DNA from: Octopus bimaculoides
Taxonomy: Eukaryota
Reading direction: 5' to 3'
DNA: 63,831 nt
Assembly (NCBI RefSeq): GCF_001194135.2
Contig: NC_068989.1
Coordinates: 84,693,966 to 84,757,796 of the forward strand
In this document: positions 35,559 through 48,100 of the stretch, one piece after another
Position numbering within the stretch: position 1 is the first letter of the stretch
Layout: each line of letters opens with the position of its first letter
The notes under the pieces: model-generated
The model's database searches: none
What the model saw: the letters and a program-made list of their open reading frames with translations, nothing else
What the model was told of the DNA's origin: nothing
Program-made: the position numbers and the translations under genes

Positions 35559-38076
35559 ATACCCATCTCCATATATTGAAAGCATCAAACAGGCTCAAGC
35601 TCTGTTTGGGTACCCCTTGAATTACATGGGTACTTGCTGACAATACTCTGAGATAAGGATGCTTTGGTTGAAGTCTAAAATAAATGTTACAGTTTGCAGT
35701 GAAGGTGTTAACTAAATAACCAACTAATTATAATTATAATCCTATATTGACTGTTAATTTATCTGGTTGGTTGTACTAACGAGCAATGCTGGATTTTAAT
35801 TGCTAACCTTATATAACAGGCTTCTTTTCTTATGTTCTGTATAACTTAAACAGACTGGGTGGCTACTTTGACGATTTATCGATTTAATATTCCTCTAGCA
35901 CTGACTCTGCTGCTGGGGACACTTCCAGGGCTTACTGCGTGTATTGTCTCAACTGGGGAAAGAGCATTGATTCTGTATCACTTGATTAAAGACCCCCCGA
36001 ACTCTTTTATTACCCTATTCTTCATTGAAATACACTGTCTTTCTTCCAATTGATTTTAACAATAATGTAAACTTTCATAACACAGTTTTATCCTTATTAC
36101 CCTGCTGTTTAGGACATCGATTAACATGAAATTTTGATGGAAGAGTTTAATTTAAACTACTTTAAAATGGGAAGTTTGTATCATAGAACCAGGGACAGTT
36201 CCAGATGAATTTGTATCAAAAGGGTTAGGGGTCCGTTGAGTACAACTATTTATTCTGCAAGTACTGAATGAATGTTATTGTCCTTATTAATCTTATATAT
36301 GGATGGGGCTTATGAGTTGCCTTATTAAGGATCTCGCTCGGATCAGTGTGTTTCTAAGGCTTATTATATAGGGGTCATTAGTTGTCTCTTCAACATACAG
36401 ATAATTTATTTGTCCAGTGTCTTAATTTGACTCAAATTTTAGATCCAGTCCTCATTAGGGTCGTCTGTAGAACTTCAAATGTTTGATTCCCTATTCTAAA
36501 AGCAGTTACGAGTTTGTTGAAGATGATATCATTGCAAGATTTGTCATCATCATCACATATCAACATCATGTGTTGATGACACTGCAACAAAAGTCTTCCT
36601 GATTAAGTACAGGGCAGGTTCTCTCATTGAGGACGAAGCTATAGTATTACTTCATTCTGACTTATAGTGCTTTCATGGCAGAAATATTGGGGTCATTTAC
36701 CATTGCCTTCCCCCAACTGGGTGGATTTTGGTCCACAAGGAGCTAAACTACCCTTCGACAGGTCTAGTTTTCAGTCACAAGAGTAACAAACCATTCAAGT
36801 AAGGAAGAGCCAGTTTAGTTGCCAACCACTCAACCATGGAACAGGTAATACTGGCTTACATGGTACCAGTAGCAGGTCTCATCAGCCTGTGATGAGATCC
36901 TTGAGCTGAGTAGAAGGCAAGATTATTCATATTAGATGATGTTTAAAAATCTCCCTTGCTCTTTATGTAGTTCCAGTTTTAAAGACACAGGGAATTTGTT
37001 GGTGGTATATTATGTCGCATTTCTTCACATTGGTTCATGCAGTCCCTGTTTTTAAAGACTTTATTGTAAGAGCAACATCATCATTTAACATCTGTTTCCC
37101 ATGCTGGCATGGGTTGGACAGTTTGACAGGAGCTGGGAAGCTGGAGAGCTGCACCAGACTCCAATTGTCTGTTTTGGTAAGGTTTCTATGACTAGATACC
37201 GTCCCCTAATGTCAACCACTTTACAGAGTGTACTGGATGCTTTTTACATGGCCCCAGCACGGGTGATTTTTACGGCACCAGCACAGTTAAGATACAACTG
37301 CTGTATCATTGAGAAGACTAAGTGACCACATAGAAACTACTCCTGGCCTCATGTATCCTTACTGTCATGTCAGTAAGAAATTTATAGAGGGTGAAGGGGT
37401 CAGCTACTCGCTGCCTTATGTAATCTCCACTTTAAGGATGGAAATGTAGAGATTTGGTCCTGACAATGAACAGATAGAATGATAAACAACACAGAATCTA
37501 TACTCCCTCATTGCATCAGTAGATAAGGAGTATTACTCATACTCTGACTTGTAGTTTTTACGGTGGGATGGGATCATACGAATGGGATAGGTTGTTGTTT
37601 AGTGTGTGAAACAAAGTGACTCACTTGAGACCACAACAGGTGGGGGGGGGGGGCAATGGGGCAATAGTCAGACATATGATGATGTGTCTATGAGACAGCA
37701 ATTTTAGTGACTTGGTTGATTTAAATATGATTTGTTGTGGAGGTTTCCATCATAATCTGTTCTTGCCTGGTCGTTGATCAATGATCAGAAGTGACAGCCA
37801 CATATGGATGTGAGAGGGTCCTTATACTGAAGAAGAATGGATGTTATGTATTAGGGATAGAAAACTGCTGGTTTCTGTACAGTGTTGAGAAATGATGAAG
37901 CTGTGAAGAACTTCTCCACTTTCTACATTTGATATTGTTAAGTCATAAACTGTGACATTTAAACGCAATACATTTGTTTGTCGATCTGTGAGAGAGAGAA
38001 GTCTTTGAGCTGATACAACTTGGTAATACATCAACAGAAACAACAACATTCATAATTTCAAATGTTGGCACAAAAA

Positions 38077-38190
38077 TACAATTTGGAGTTGTGCTCTACT
38101 GTGAGACACCACGCTACAATTTGGGGTTGTGCTCTACTGTGAGACACCACGCTACAATTTGGGGTTGTGCTCTACTGTGAGACACCACGC
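38077..38190. repeat. Tandem repeat, 3 x 38 bp
   Basis: tacaatttggggttgtgctctactgtgagacaccacgc x3 with 1 mismatch. Confidence 0.95.
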
Positions 38191-38292
38191 TACCGTCCCT
38201 GTCTCTTCTGGCCAAATACTGTACTGTAAGACAACAGAACATCACTTTTATCCCCTCTTCACTGCCATCTTGTAAATAATAATAATAATAAT

Positions 38293-38490
38293 CCTTTCTA
38301 CTAAAGGTACAAGGCCTGTAATTTGTGGTGAGGGGGACTAGTTGATTACATTGACCTCCAGTGTTCAACTGGTACTTATTTCATTGACCCTGAAAGGATG
38401 AAAGGCAAAGTTGACCTCAGTGGAATTTGAACTCACACCGTAAAGATGGACAAAATGCCATTAAGCATTTTACCCAGCATGCTAATGATT
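38293..38490 (-). mobile_element. Family A SINE (a second copy lies at 39628-39810, minus strand)
   Basis: Core gaaaggatgaaaggcaaagttgacctc. Confidence 0.85.
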
Positions 38491-39450
38491 CTGCCAACTC
38501 ACTGCCTTAAACCATGTTCCTATATTAGACAGTTCTTCTTTTTCTTCACCTTCTTCTTCTTCTTCTCCTCCTTCACTTTCCTTTGTTTTTTTCTTAAGCC
38601 TTTTAAAAACCATTGGAACACTTCTCAAATGTTTCCATCAGAACAAACACACAAACAGACAAACCAGGAAAAAAAATTCAGCCTTTTTTTTTTTCTTCTT
38701 TTTTTGTATATATATTTTTTTCATCCTAGCGGAAACATAACTTTACTATATTCCTTTCCATATTAGCTGCCATATTTTTATAAGGAATATTGACATGCTG
38801 TTTACTTAATTCCACCCTGAAACTAGCACCATCGCCACCACCGCCACCCCTCCCTGCTAATCTCCACATTAAGGTTTGGTACCCTGTGACTTCCACTTAC
38901 ATTTCTGAACTTCTCAAATGACGCCAATACACTCAATTCCACAGAGCACGTGTGTTCTGTGAATAGAGTCATGTAAAGAATATTCTTTGAGACTCAACTC
39001 GACTGGGTTTTATTTTCTAAATTTTTATTTTATTTTATATATTTATTTATTTGTTTATTTATTTTTTACTTTTCCATTTTACTTTCTGAATTACTTTTCT
39101 TCATGTTTTAATGTTTCTCTCTCTCGTTGTTTCGCTAACGTTACAGACTTCTTATGACTATTACGATATAAAATATGTATTTGTGTGTGTGTGTGTGTAT
39201 GTGTGTGTGTACAATCTCTCTTCTACATCAGTCAGCCTGCAAGGAATTGAACATGAAAATCTTCAAGATAAAAGATATTTTATATACAACAGAAACAACA
39301 TTCATAATTTCAGATGTTGGCACAAGAATACGATTTAGGGTTGTGCTGTACTTTGAGACACCACACTACAGTCCCTGTCTCTTCTGCCCAAATACTATAC
39401 TTTAAGACAACAGAACATTACTTTTACCCACTTTTTACTGCCATTTTGTA

Positions 39451-39481
<31 letters not shown>

Positions 39482-39579
39482 CTCTGAATAGCCAGCTGGA
39501 GGTGTCCTCCTGAGACTACAAGCTACAGTAGCATCCACCCTTAGCGGTTAGCCACATTTAAGTGGCAAATATACTTCAC

Positions 39580-39610
<31 letters not shown>

Positions 39611-41204
39611 GTAATAATAATAATAATCCTTTCTACTAATGGCACAAGGCATGTAATTTGTCAGGTAGAGATTAGTTGACTACATTGACCCCCAGTGTTT
39701 AACTGGTACTTATTTCATCAACCCCGAAAGGATGAAAGGCAAAGTTGACCTCGGCAGAATTTGAACTCAGAACACAGCAACGGGTGAAATGATGCTAAGC
39801 ATTTCATCCAGCCTGTTATGTGTGTGTGTGTGTGTGTGTGCATACATGCATGCATGTGTGCATCAATGTGTATGTGTGCATGCATGTGTGTCCACTATAT
39901 CGATGTGTGTTTGCATATGTGTGTATGTGTGTCTTTCCCCACACCTCCAAACACAGAATGGTTACGACGCTATCTGAGTTACACCAAAACCAAACAAAAC
40001 CAAAATATTCATCAATATTCTTCAAAATAGATTCTGCAAAACTAATATCTCATTGGTTCCAGCTTATTGCCTGTGGCCATGCTGTGGCATTGCCACATGT
40101 ATGTATTATACATTTATATGTATCTATATGTGTGTGTTTGTGTTAAATGAAAACGTGACGGCCCAGCCTCTTTAACTGCCTTCAAGACACAACCTTCAGC
40201 ATCATTTTGTCCAATGATAGCCATCTCAATATTCATTGTTCAGCTGATAAAAATTAATTAGACAGGATAATGAGACATTTAAACATCATTGGACTATAAC
40301 AACATAACTCATGTGACACGTATGCTGCTCTGTAAATATCCATAGTTACCATATTTCCCAACATATATATAAGACGACGACTATAGTATAAACATACAGT
40401 GTAAACCAGTGGTTCGGAGAATTTTGGGGGCTGCCGCCCCCTTGACACGCAGGCCACATTCCTAGCGCCCCCATCTCAAGAAACCATTACAAACATAGAC
40501 CTCTTTCTGAAGCAAATTCAAAGCAACTGTATTTCACAAATAAAACTTAATGAACCCAATATTTTTGTTGTTTTTACATGTATCGCTACCCCNNNNNNNN
40601 NNNNNNNNNNNNNNNNNNNNNNNNNNNNNNNNNNNNNNNNNNNNNNNNNNNNNNNNNNNNNNNNNNNNNNNNNNNNCCCGGGGGTGGGGAATACCACCCA
40701 TTTTGGGAACCACTGGAAATATTCAAATATTGTCGCTATCTTTCCAAATGTGACTACATTTCACAGGGAATTTTTGGTCCTCCAAAACCATCTTGGCGTT
40801 TCGGTCAACCTACTTTTTTTTTCTTTTCTTTTTTTTTTGGGGGGGGTGTAAATTTTGGTCTGAAAATGCAGTAATATCCAATGATAGGCAGGAACAAAAT
40901 GTTTGGAAACTATTTCAGATTTAGATTTTATGTCTAAGGGCCTTCCTCTTAAGTTTTCCAGTCCAGAGATAGCCACAAGTACAGTTGATCCAGTCGTTTT
41001 ACTGTACACCCAGGCATAAAGTTGGTATTTCTACGTGCGCACGCACACACACACTAGCCATCCCATAATTATTACCACAGACGAGTTCCAATAGCCAAAC
41101 TCGCAAAGACAATTGAGAACTGTTTGAAGTTTGGAAATCACAGAAGTTAGTGACTTGTTTTCTCATAAACCGTTCGCAGAATTTAAACTCAGCACTGCAA
41201 GATA

Positions 41205-41512
41205 GGGGAGATACATGGCCTAGTGGTTAGAGCCGGGAACTCGCAGTCGAGGGATCGCGGGTTCGAATCCCAGACCGGATGATGTGCGTGTTTATGAGCG
41301 AAGCACCTAAAGCTCTACGCGGCTCCGGCAGAAGGAAATGGTGAACTTCTGCTAACTCTTTCGCCACAACTTTCTCTCACTCTTTCCTCTTGCATCTAGC
41401 AGCTCACCTGCGACGGACCGGCGTCCCGTCCAAGTAGGGAAACTATACGCCAATGAAACCGGGAAACCGGCCCTTATGAACCAGGCATGGCTCGAGAAGG
41501 AATAAACAACAA
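41205..41512 (+). mobile_element. tRNA-derived SINE with perfect Pol III A/B boxes and a V-domain-like segment
   Basis: A box TGGCCTAGTGG at 41216-41226, B box GGTTCGAATCC at 41260-41270; cctgcgacggaccggcgtcccgtcca resembles the recalled V-SINE core; tail aaacaacaa. Confidence 0.8.
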
Positions 41513-42243
41513 TACTGCAAGATAACGTATCATTTATTATTCGTTTTACAATTAGAATTTTAGTAGACATGATAACATCTCCTTGAGTTGTGTCTGCAAC
41601 AGATTTTGAGTTCCAGTTAAAGATGCTTCACTTCATTTTACATCACTTACGCCGGTAATATTCTTCAGAAAGGCATGCATAACACGACTTCCCATCAATT
41701 TTGGTGTCTGTAAAATCAAATACAATCATTAAGAGCCTAAATAATTGTAATATGTTATGACTATGTTCTGTGGAGCTGTGAGGTGTATCTACGACTTCTT
41801 TGAAGTTGAGAGAGTTAGACGAGCGACATACTGAATTATAAAATCAGTGCCGTTGTTGGGACTCGATCATTCGACCCTTTGATCGATGGTTTGATCTCGT
41901 GACCACTAAGATTTTCGCTGTCGAACTTCGCTTGGAATAAAGCTGAGAAGTGCAAGGGAGACAACTCTACTCTGACACAACCACACACTGTGATGTTCTG
42001 TTTAACTTGACGGATTATTGAATGGATTCTCATATGGGAATGAAGAGGGTGTTACTGGGCGGGGGGAGGGATTATGGAGAACGGTGGGATCACGTAGACA
42101 ACTAATTCTTATTTCAAAGTTATATCACATGACTAAGACAGTACTGTTACTTAATACTCTTTACAAGGGAAAGATATCAACATCGCTTTATCTCATTCCA
42201 CTTTACACACACTCATAATCAGCGGTGCCTACTCGGTACATCG

Positions 42244-42975
42244 TGAGCTAGCAGAATCGTTAGCGCGCCGGACGAAATGCTTAGCGATAATTCGCCCGTC
42301 GCTACGTTCTGAGTTCAAATTCCGCCGAGGTTGACTCTGTCTTTCATCTTTTCGGGGTCGATAAATTAAGTACCAGTGAAACACTGGGGGTCAACGTAAT
42401 CGACTTATTCCCTCCCCCAGAATGGCTGCTCTTGTGAAAAAATTTGAAACCATTATTATTAGAGCAAGCCAGCCGGACCATTAGCAATCTGGGCACAATG
42501 CCTAGCAGTATTTCCTCCGGCTTAACATACCGAGTACAAATTCTGCCAAAATCGACATGGCCTTTCATCCTTTCAGAGTGAGTAAAATAAATACCAGTCA
42601 AGCACTGGGGTCGAGGTAATCTACTCTCCACATCTTCCAAAATTTAAAGCTTTCTACCTATAGTAGAACGGATCATTATTATAACTATTATTATCATTAA
42701 AGTGTTGAGCTGGCCAAACCGTTAGATGGATAATAGTTATCCTCTCTGTTATAGGCTGGGCAATAAAGAAATAAGAAACGCTAGCACGCCGGGCGAAATG
42801 CTCAGCGGGTATTTCGTCTGTCTTTACCTTATGAGTTCAAATTCCGTCGAGGTCGACTTTGCCTTTCATCCTTTCGAGATCGATAAATTAAGTACCAGTT
42901 GTGTAATGGAGTCGATCTAATCGACTTCCCCCCTCCCCCAAAATGTCAGGCCTTGTGCCTAGAGTAGAAAAGGAT
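42244..42975 (+). mobile_element. Head-to-tail array of 3-4 family A SINEs
   Basis: Copies at about 42244-42447, 42460-42680, 42705-42730 (head fragment) and 42775-42975; (att)n lies at the junctions of the first three. Confidence 0.85.
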
Positions 42976-43150
42976 ACTTTTCTTGGGTATTTAATTAATG
43001 ACTTACTGACACAGATTTTGTTGTTCACTTATAGTAGGTTTTTTTTTACTTTTGCACAGGAAGTTTAAACAGGATAAACCTATCCTGGTGGTTGAAATGG
43101 GCTTATGAAAAAATATTACCTTTATCCTTTAGACATTGGTTTAGTTTTCA

Positions 43151-43305
43151 GGCATAACTACAGGGTTTTACCCCCCAGACTTTGGGAGGTCATAACTTTC
43201 AGAAAAATGAATATTTTTTAATGAAATTTTCTCATTAAAAAATATTCATTTTTCTGAAAGTTATGACCTCCCAAAGTCTGGGGGGTAAAACCCTGTAGTT
43301 ATGCC
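43151..43305. mobile_element. Perfect foldback element (74-bp arms, 7-nt loop) with 8-bp TSD
   Basis: Arms 43151-43224 and 43232-43305 are exact reverse complements; TSD agttttca at 43143-43150 and 43306-43313. Confidence 0.92.
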
Positions 43306-44059
43306 AGTTTTCATTACTTATTTACGGAAACATTTTAGTGTCATCATGCAGTAAATCATATTTTTGTGTGAAGCTGGTGTGAATTCTCCAACTTTACGAT
43401 AGATAGAAAAAAAACTGAGATTTTATTAAAAGAAACAGGAAAGGAGAGTTGCCAATCGTCAGAAGCAATCTGTTCAGTTACGTATGTATAGGAACGAATG
43501 TGTGTTTTCAAGAAGGCGACTTTGTTGTGGTGGAGACCAATCTCTCGGGGTATGAGAGTGAGATTCAATTTAATGCGGCTGTAGTCAAGGTACATAACTC
43601 TGCCTCACTCAGTCACTACATTAGATTCTGTCTTCATTTTGCAAGTTGACTTTAAGAAGGAAATCATCTGGGTGTGTTTATGTGATACAGACACCAGGAA
43701 TGAGAGATTCAATTACTAGACTACTGGCCCCATGGACAAAGACGCTTAACTGTGCTTATTCCAGTTTCACCCATTATAGTTCAATTGCTCGCAGTTGTAA
43801 CGAATGATACACATCCATACAGATATAAAATTCATTGATTGAATAAATAAAATATCTTACCTTCCACCACCATCAACAGTACCGCTATTGTAAAGCTCAA
43901 AGCAACTCTAAACAAAATAAATTTCAAATTTTATCGGCCCAGGATTGGCTGCGTGGTAAGAAGTTCGCTTCCCAACCACATGGTTCCGGGTTCAGTCCCA
44001 CTGTGTGGCACGTTGGGCAATTGTCTTCTACTGATGACGGCGGTAATGGAGATTATAAT

Positions 44060-45185
44060 CCTTTCTGTTCTAGGCACGAGGTCTAAAATTTGAGGAAAGG
44101 GAGTCTTGTCGATTACATTGACCCCAGTACTCGACTGGTCCTTATTTTATTGACCCTAAAAACAAAAGTCGACCTCAACAGAATTTGAACTCTGAACAAA
44201 AAGCCGGAAGAAATACCACTAAGCATTTTGCCCAACGATTCTGCCAGCTCACCACTTTAAGAGAGGTAACAATAGTTTCGAATTTTGGCACAGGGCCAAC
44301 AATTTTTTAAGGGGAGGGGGAATCCATTGCATCAACCTCAGTATATTTTATCGAACCCAAAAGACATCAAATATGGTGTTAATTTTGATGATGTTAGTGG
44401 TTATGAGGATAATAATAATAATAAGAGCACTCAGAGAGCGCAAACCACCGCCAAGGCAACACCAACGTCCTCTCAACGATTAGCCAGAGATGATTTTTAA
44501 AATGAGAATATCTGGAATAAACTCGACTGTTCTCACAAACAAGAATACTAAAAACGAACCCGACTGCCCTCAATAATGAAGTAAAAGAACCGGAAAAATA
44601 ATCCAGAATTCTTCTCCGGTATCAGATCGATCCCAAAATCTAATCCGTTCGTGCCAGTCTCGAGGCCAAACTTCCCTGGAAGTTTCATCCGAATCCATCC
44701 AGCGGTTCTTGAGATATCTTGTCCACGAACAAACAAACAAACACGACTGAAAAAAAATATCTCCGTCTTCGCTAAGGCGGAGGTAATAAAGTTTTCAAAT
44801 TTTGACAAAAGGCCGGCAATTTCAGGGTAAAGGTAATTCGATTATATCGACCCCAGTGTTCAACTGGTACTTATTTTATCGACCCCGAAAGGACGAAAGG
44901 CATAGTCGACCTCGGCGGAATTTGAACTCAGAACGTAAGGACGGGCGAAATGCCGCTGAGCATTGTGTCTGGCGTGCTAACCATTCCACTAGCTCGCCGA
45001 CCCCAATACTACTACTACTACTACTAAAGGCACTAAGCCTGAAATTTTGGGGGAGTGGACTAGTCAATTACATCGACCTCAGTACGCAACTGGTACTTAA
45101 TTTATCGACTCCGAAAGGATGAAAGGTGAAGTCGACCTCAGCAGAATTTGAACTCAGAACGTTAAGACGAGCGAAATACCGCTAC
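44060..45185 (-). mobile_element. Minus-strand family A SINE cluster (about 4 copies or fragments)
   Basis: Copies at about 44060-44260, 44275-44365, 44790-45000 and 45015-45185. Confidence 0.8.
44422..44788. mobile_element. Non-autonomous Helentron/HINE-like element
   Basis: Subterminal repeat aaccaccgccaaggc, (caaa)n run, terminal hairpin ctccgtctt-cgct-aaggcggag followed by gtaataa. The architecture matches my recollection of HINE/DINE-1-type elements. Confidence 0.55.
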
Positions 45186-48100
45186 ATCAAATATGGTGTT
45201 AATTTTGACGATGTTAGTGGTTATGAGGATGATAATAGTATGATGTGTTATTTATAAATATTTAATGTAATACTGGTCCTGTCATATAAATTTGCTCAAC
45301 GATTCAACAAATATGGAATCTAAGGGACATAACCACCGCCAGTAACTACTTTCATTTTCTCTCCTATGGTGTTTATTTATGAAAGAAAGAGCGGAGGGGA
45401 GGAAATATCCCTACTACCACCCCTGTCGTCACCACCATCACCCTAACATCAGAAATTCATTTTGCCCCTGTACTACCACTCTCACTTCTTTCCTCCACTC
45501 GGTTATATTGTAAAATGTCACCCCAACCAAGCCCACCACCGCCAAAAAAAAAAAACCATCTCCGCTAAAGATGAAAGTGAAACTGTTGTCAAAACTTCAC
45601 GTTACAACACATAACTATTAATAATCCCCCGATGAGGTAGCATCAAATGGGATTATCACCTGTCTTCAGATAATCCCCAGTGGAGGAGGAGGTGGTGGTA
45701 ATGTACAAGATATGAAGGACCTACTGGGTGGTATGTGTTGAAACAGTACTGTTGCTGGTGGCGGTGGCGGTGGTGGTGGTGGTGGTAGTAGTAGTAGTAG
45801 TGACGGTGGCGACGGACCACCGTGTTGATAGTATTAGAAGTTGAAGGTGATGTGTATATATATATTTTTTCATTTGTTTCAGTCATTTGACTGTGGCCAT
45901 ACTGGAGCATCGCCTTTAGTCGAGCAAATCGACCCCAGGACTTATATATACATACACACACACACATTTACATCATATAATGTTGTTTGTATAAATATAT
46001 ACATATGTGTGTGTGTACGAATATGCAACAATGTATGTATATTTATATATGTGCATATATATATACGCACGCACACACACGTGTGTATGTATACATCATT
46101 TATCGTTTGCATTCCATTCTGGGTCGGATAGGACAGTCTCCGAGGAGCCAGAGGATTGCATTGCGCTGTCTGCTTCGGTATCTTTTGCTATGGCTGGATG
46201 CCCTTTCTAAGGCCCACCACTTTAAAGAGCGTGCTGGGTGCCATTTTCGTAGCACGGAAACTAGTGAGGTCACCAAAAAAAGTGCAGGGCCCCTGAACTG
46301 AGGGTGGTGGCTTTATGCCACGTGTTGAGAGACTAAAAAATGATAGAGGGACAGGAACGGGTGTCTTGTGATATAGTGACACAAATGTGAAATAGATAAA
46401 TATATACACATGCACACATGTATATACGTACACATACATGTTCATATGTATATAAATTGGTGTATATACATGTATGTACATAAATATGTGCTTATATATG
46501 AGTAGGTCATGATCTCGTATACGTATATATAACTATATACTTGCACATACATGTATCTGTATTTGACTATATATGTGTGCGTGCATTGCTTTACGCAGAA
46601 AAAGCAGTGTATATATATATATATATATATATACATACATACTGTTTTTTCAGCGTACAGCAAAGAACACAGGGAAACCCTCAATATGTGGCCCTAGTCA
46701 AGCAGCGCGCGTGCGCTCACACATCAAACGTGATAAATCAATGAATCAACCAATCGATGTCAATTACAGTGAACCTACTTCCTGTTAGATACGACTATGT
46801 GTCCCTCTGCTGGGGCCAGCAGTCAACTATGTCCCCTTTCCTCTCGCTATTTAGTCATTGCAGGCTGCTGGTATCACATTCGACTCCCTCTCGTTCTTTC
46901 TCTCTTTCATTCTCTTTCACAATTTCCCTTTCGATTGGTCGTGGTTGGAGAAATTTCAGTGAATGGTTTGTGAGTAGGTGAATGTGTGTGTGTGTGTGTT
47001 TGTATTAGTGTATGGTTTAACATTTATTTGTGTGTAATACAATATTAGGATAAAGACTTTATAAGAATTTATCAAGCAGTTAGCGTGAAAAAAACATCAA
47101 TTTTTTCCATAAATATATTTAATTTTTATAAAGGCATTACTATACAATAATGCCTCACGCTAAGAGGGACTCCATAAGTCAAAACTACTAAAATATTTGT
47201 GTGTATGTGTGTGAGAGTATGTCTTTATTATGTTTTCTTAGCTTTTATAAGTTCCACTCACTGGAGAGCGAGCAATGCTAAAGGTATTAGTTTCACCGAT
47301 ATCTACATCATATCAATAATTGATCCCAGCACTTATTTTATTGATCTCTATTCATTGAATGGCTAAGTTACATTCTGACTTAAATGATACACGATTTGCA
47401 CTCTCACACACACATGTATCTTAAGGGCTTCCAAAATTTCTCTCAAATGCCACAAGATAATGTTCATCACGACTTAGCACTCGCTACATGTGATCCAGGA
47501 TCGTTCATCGTTCCATGCTGTATGTCATCTTTTGAAAAGCCATGAGCCCCACAACATCCCATTTCTCTATTCCCTTCAAATGCGAGTCAAGCTTTTCTTG
47601 GGGAAAAGGGAGCAAAGAAATCGATATTAGCCTTTGTTCTACGCATGCGCGTCATAGCTAGGGTTGCGCTTATCTGCACACACGCATACACGCACGCATT
47701 AAAATGGAGACTGTGATGTGGTTGCTCGCTCAACCTGCTAGAAACAGCAGCCAAAATTGTATCTTAAATCATACCCTACCGTTTTATAAAGGACAGGTTG
47801 AATAATGTAGTCTGCGGTATATTATGCCTGAACAAAAGACAGGATGGTGACATTTCGAACAGGAGGGCGTGCTTTGGGGGTTAATTAACAATACAAACAT
47901 ACACACTGGGACATCACACACATAACATTTGTGCCTATATACACTTACGTACGCCTTCAAGGATCTGCATGTATGTACACTAGCGTATTAACACATGCAC
48001 ACACTCGCACGTATACTCTTAGTTCTATACAAAGCTATACATACACACACTAGGACATCAACACGTACTTAGCCATACTAAGACACACACAGACGTATAC

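Noticed and set aside
38077-38190. CRISPR-like array (38-bp repeats; also the 20-bp array at 62131)
   Set aside because: The units are directly tandem with no unique spacers, there are no cas genes, and the context is an animal intron.
41205-41280. tRNA gene
   Set aside because: The A and B boxes are perfect, but I see no paired acceptor stem or nearby T-run terminator, and the sequence continues into a SINE body with a diverged sibling at 7590.
41560-42230. Non-repetitive stretch that might be a decayed transposase or LINE
   Set aside because: Manual translation of the parts I tested gave no recognisable motif, so it is left unassigned.
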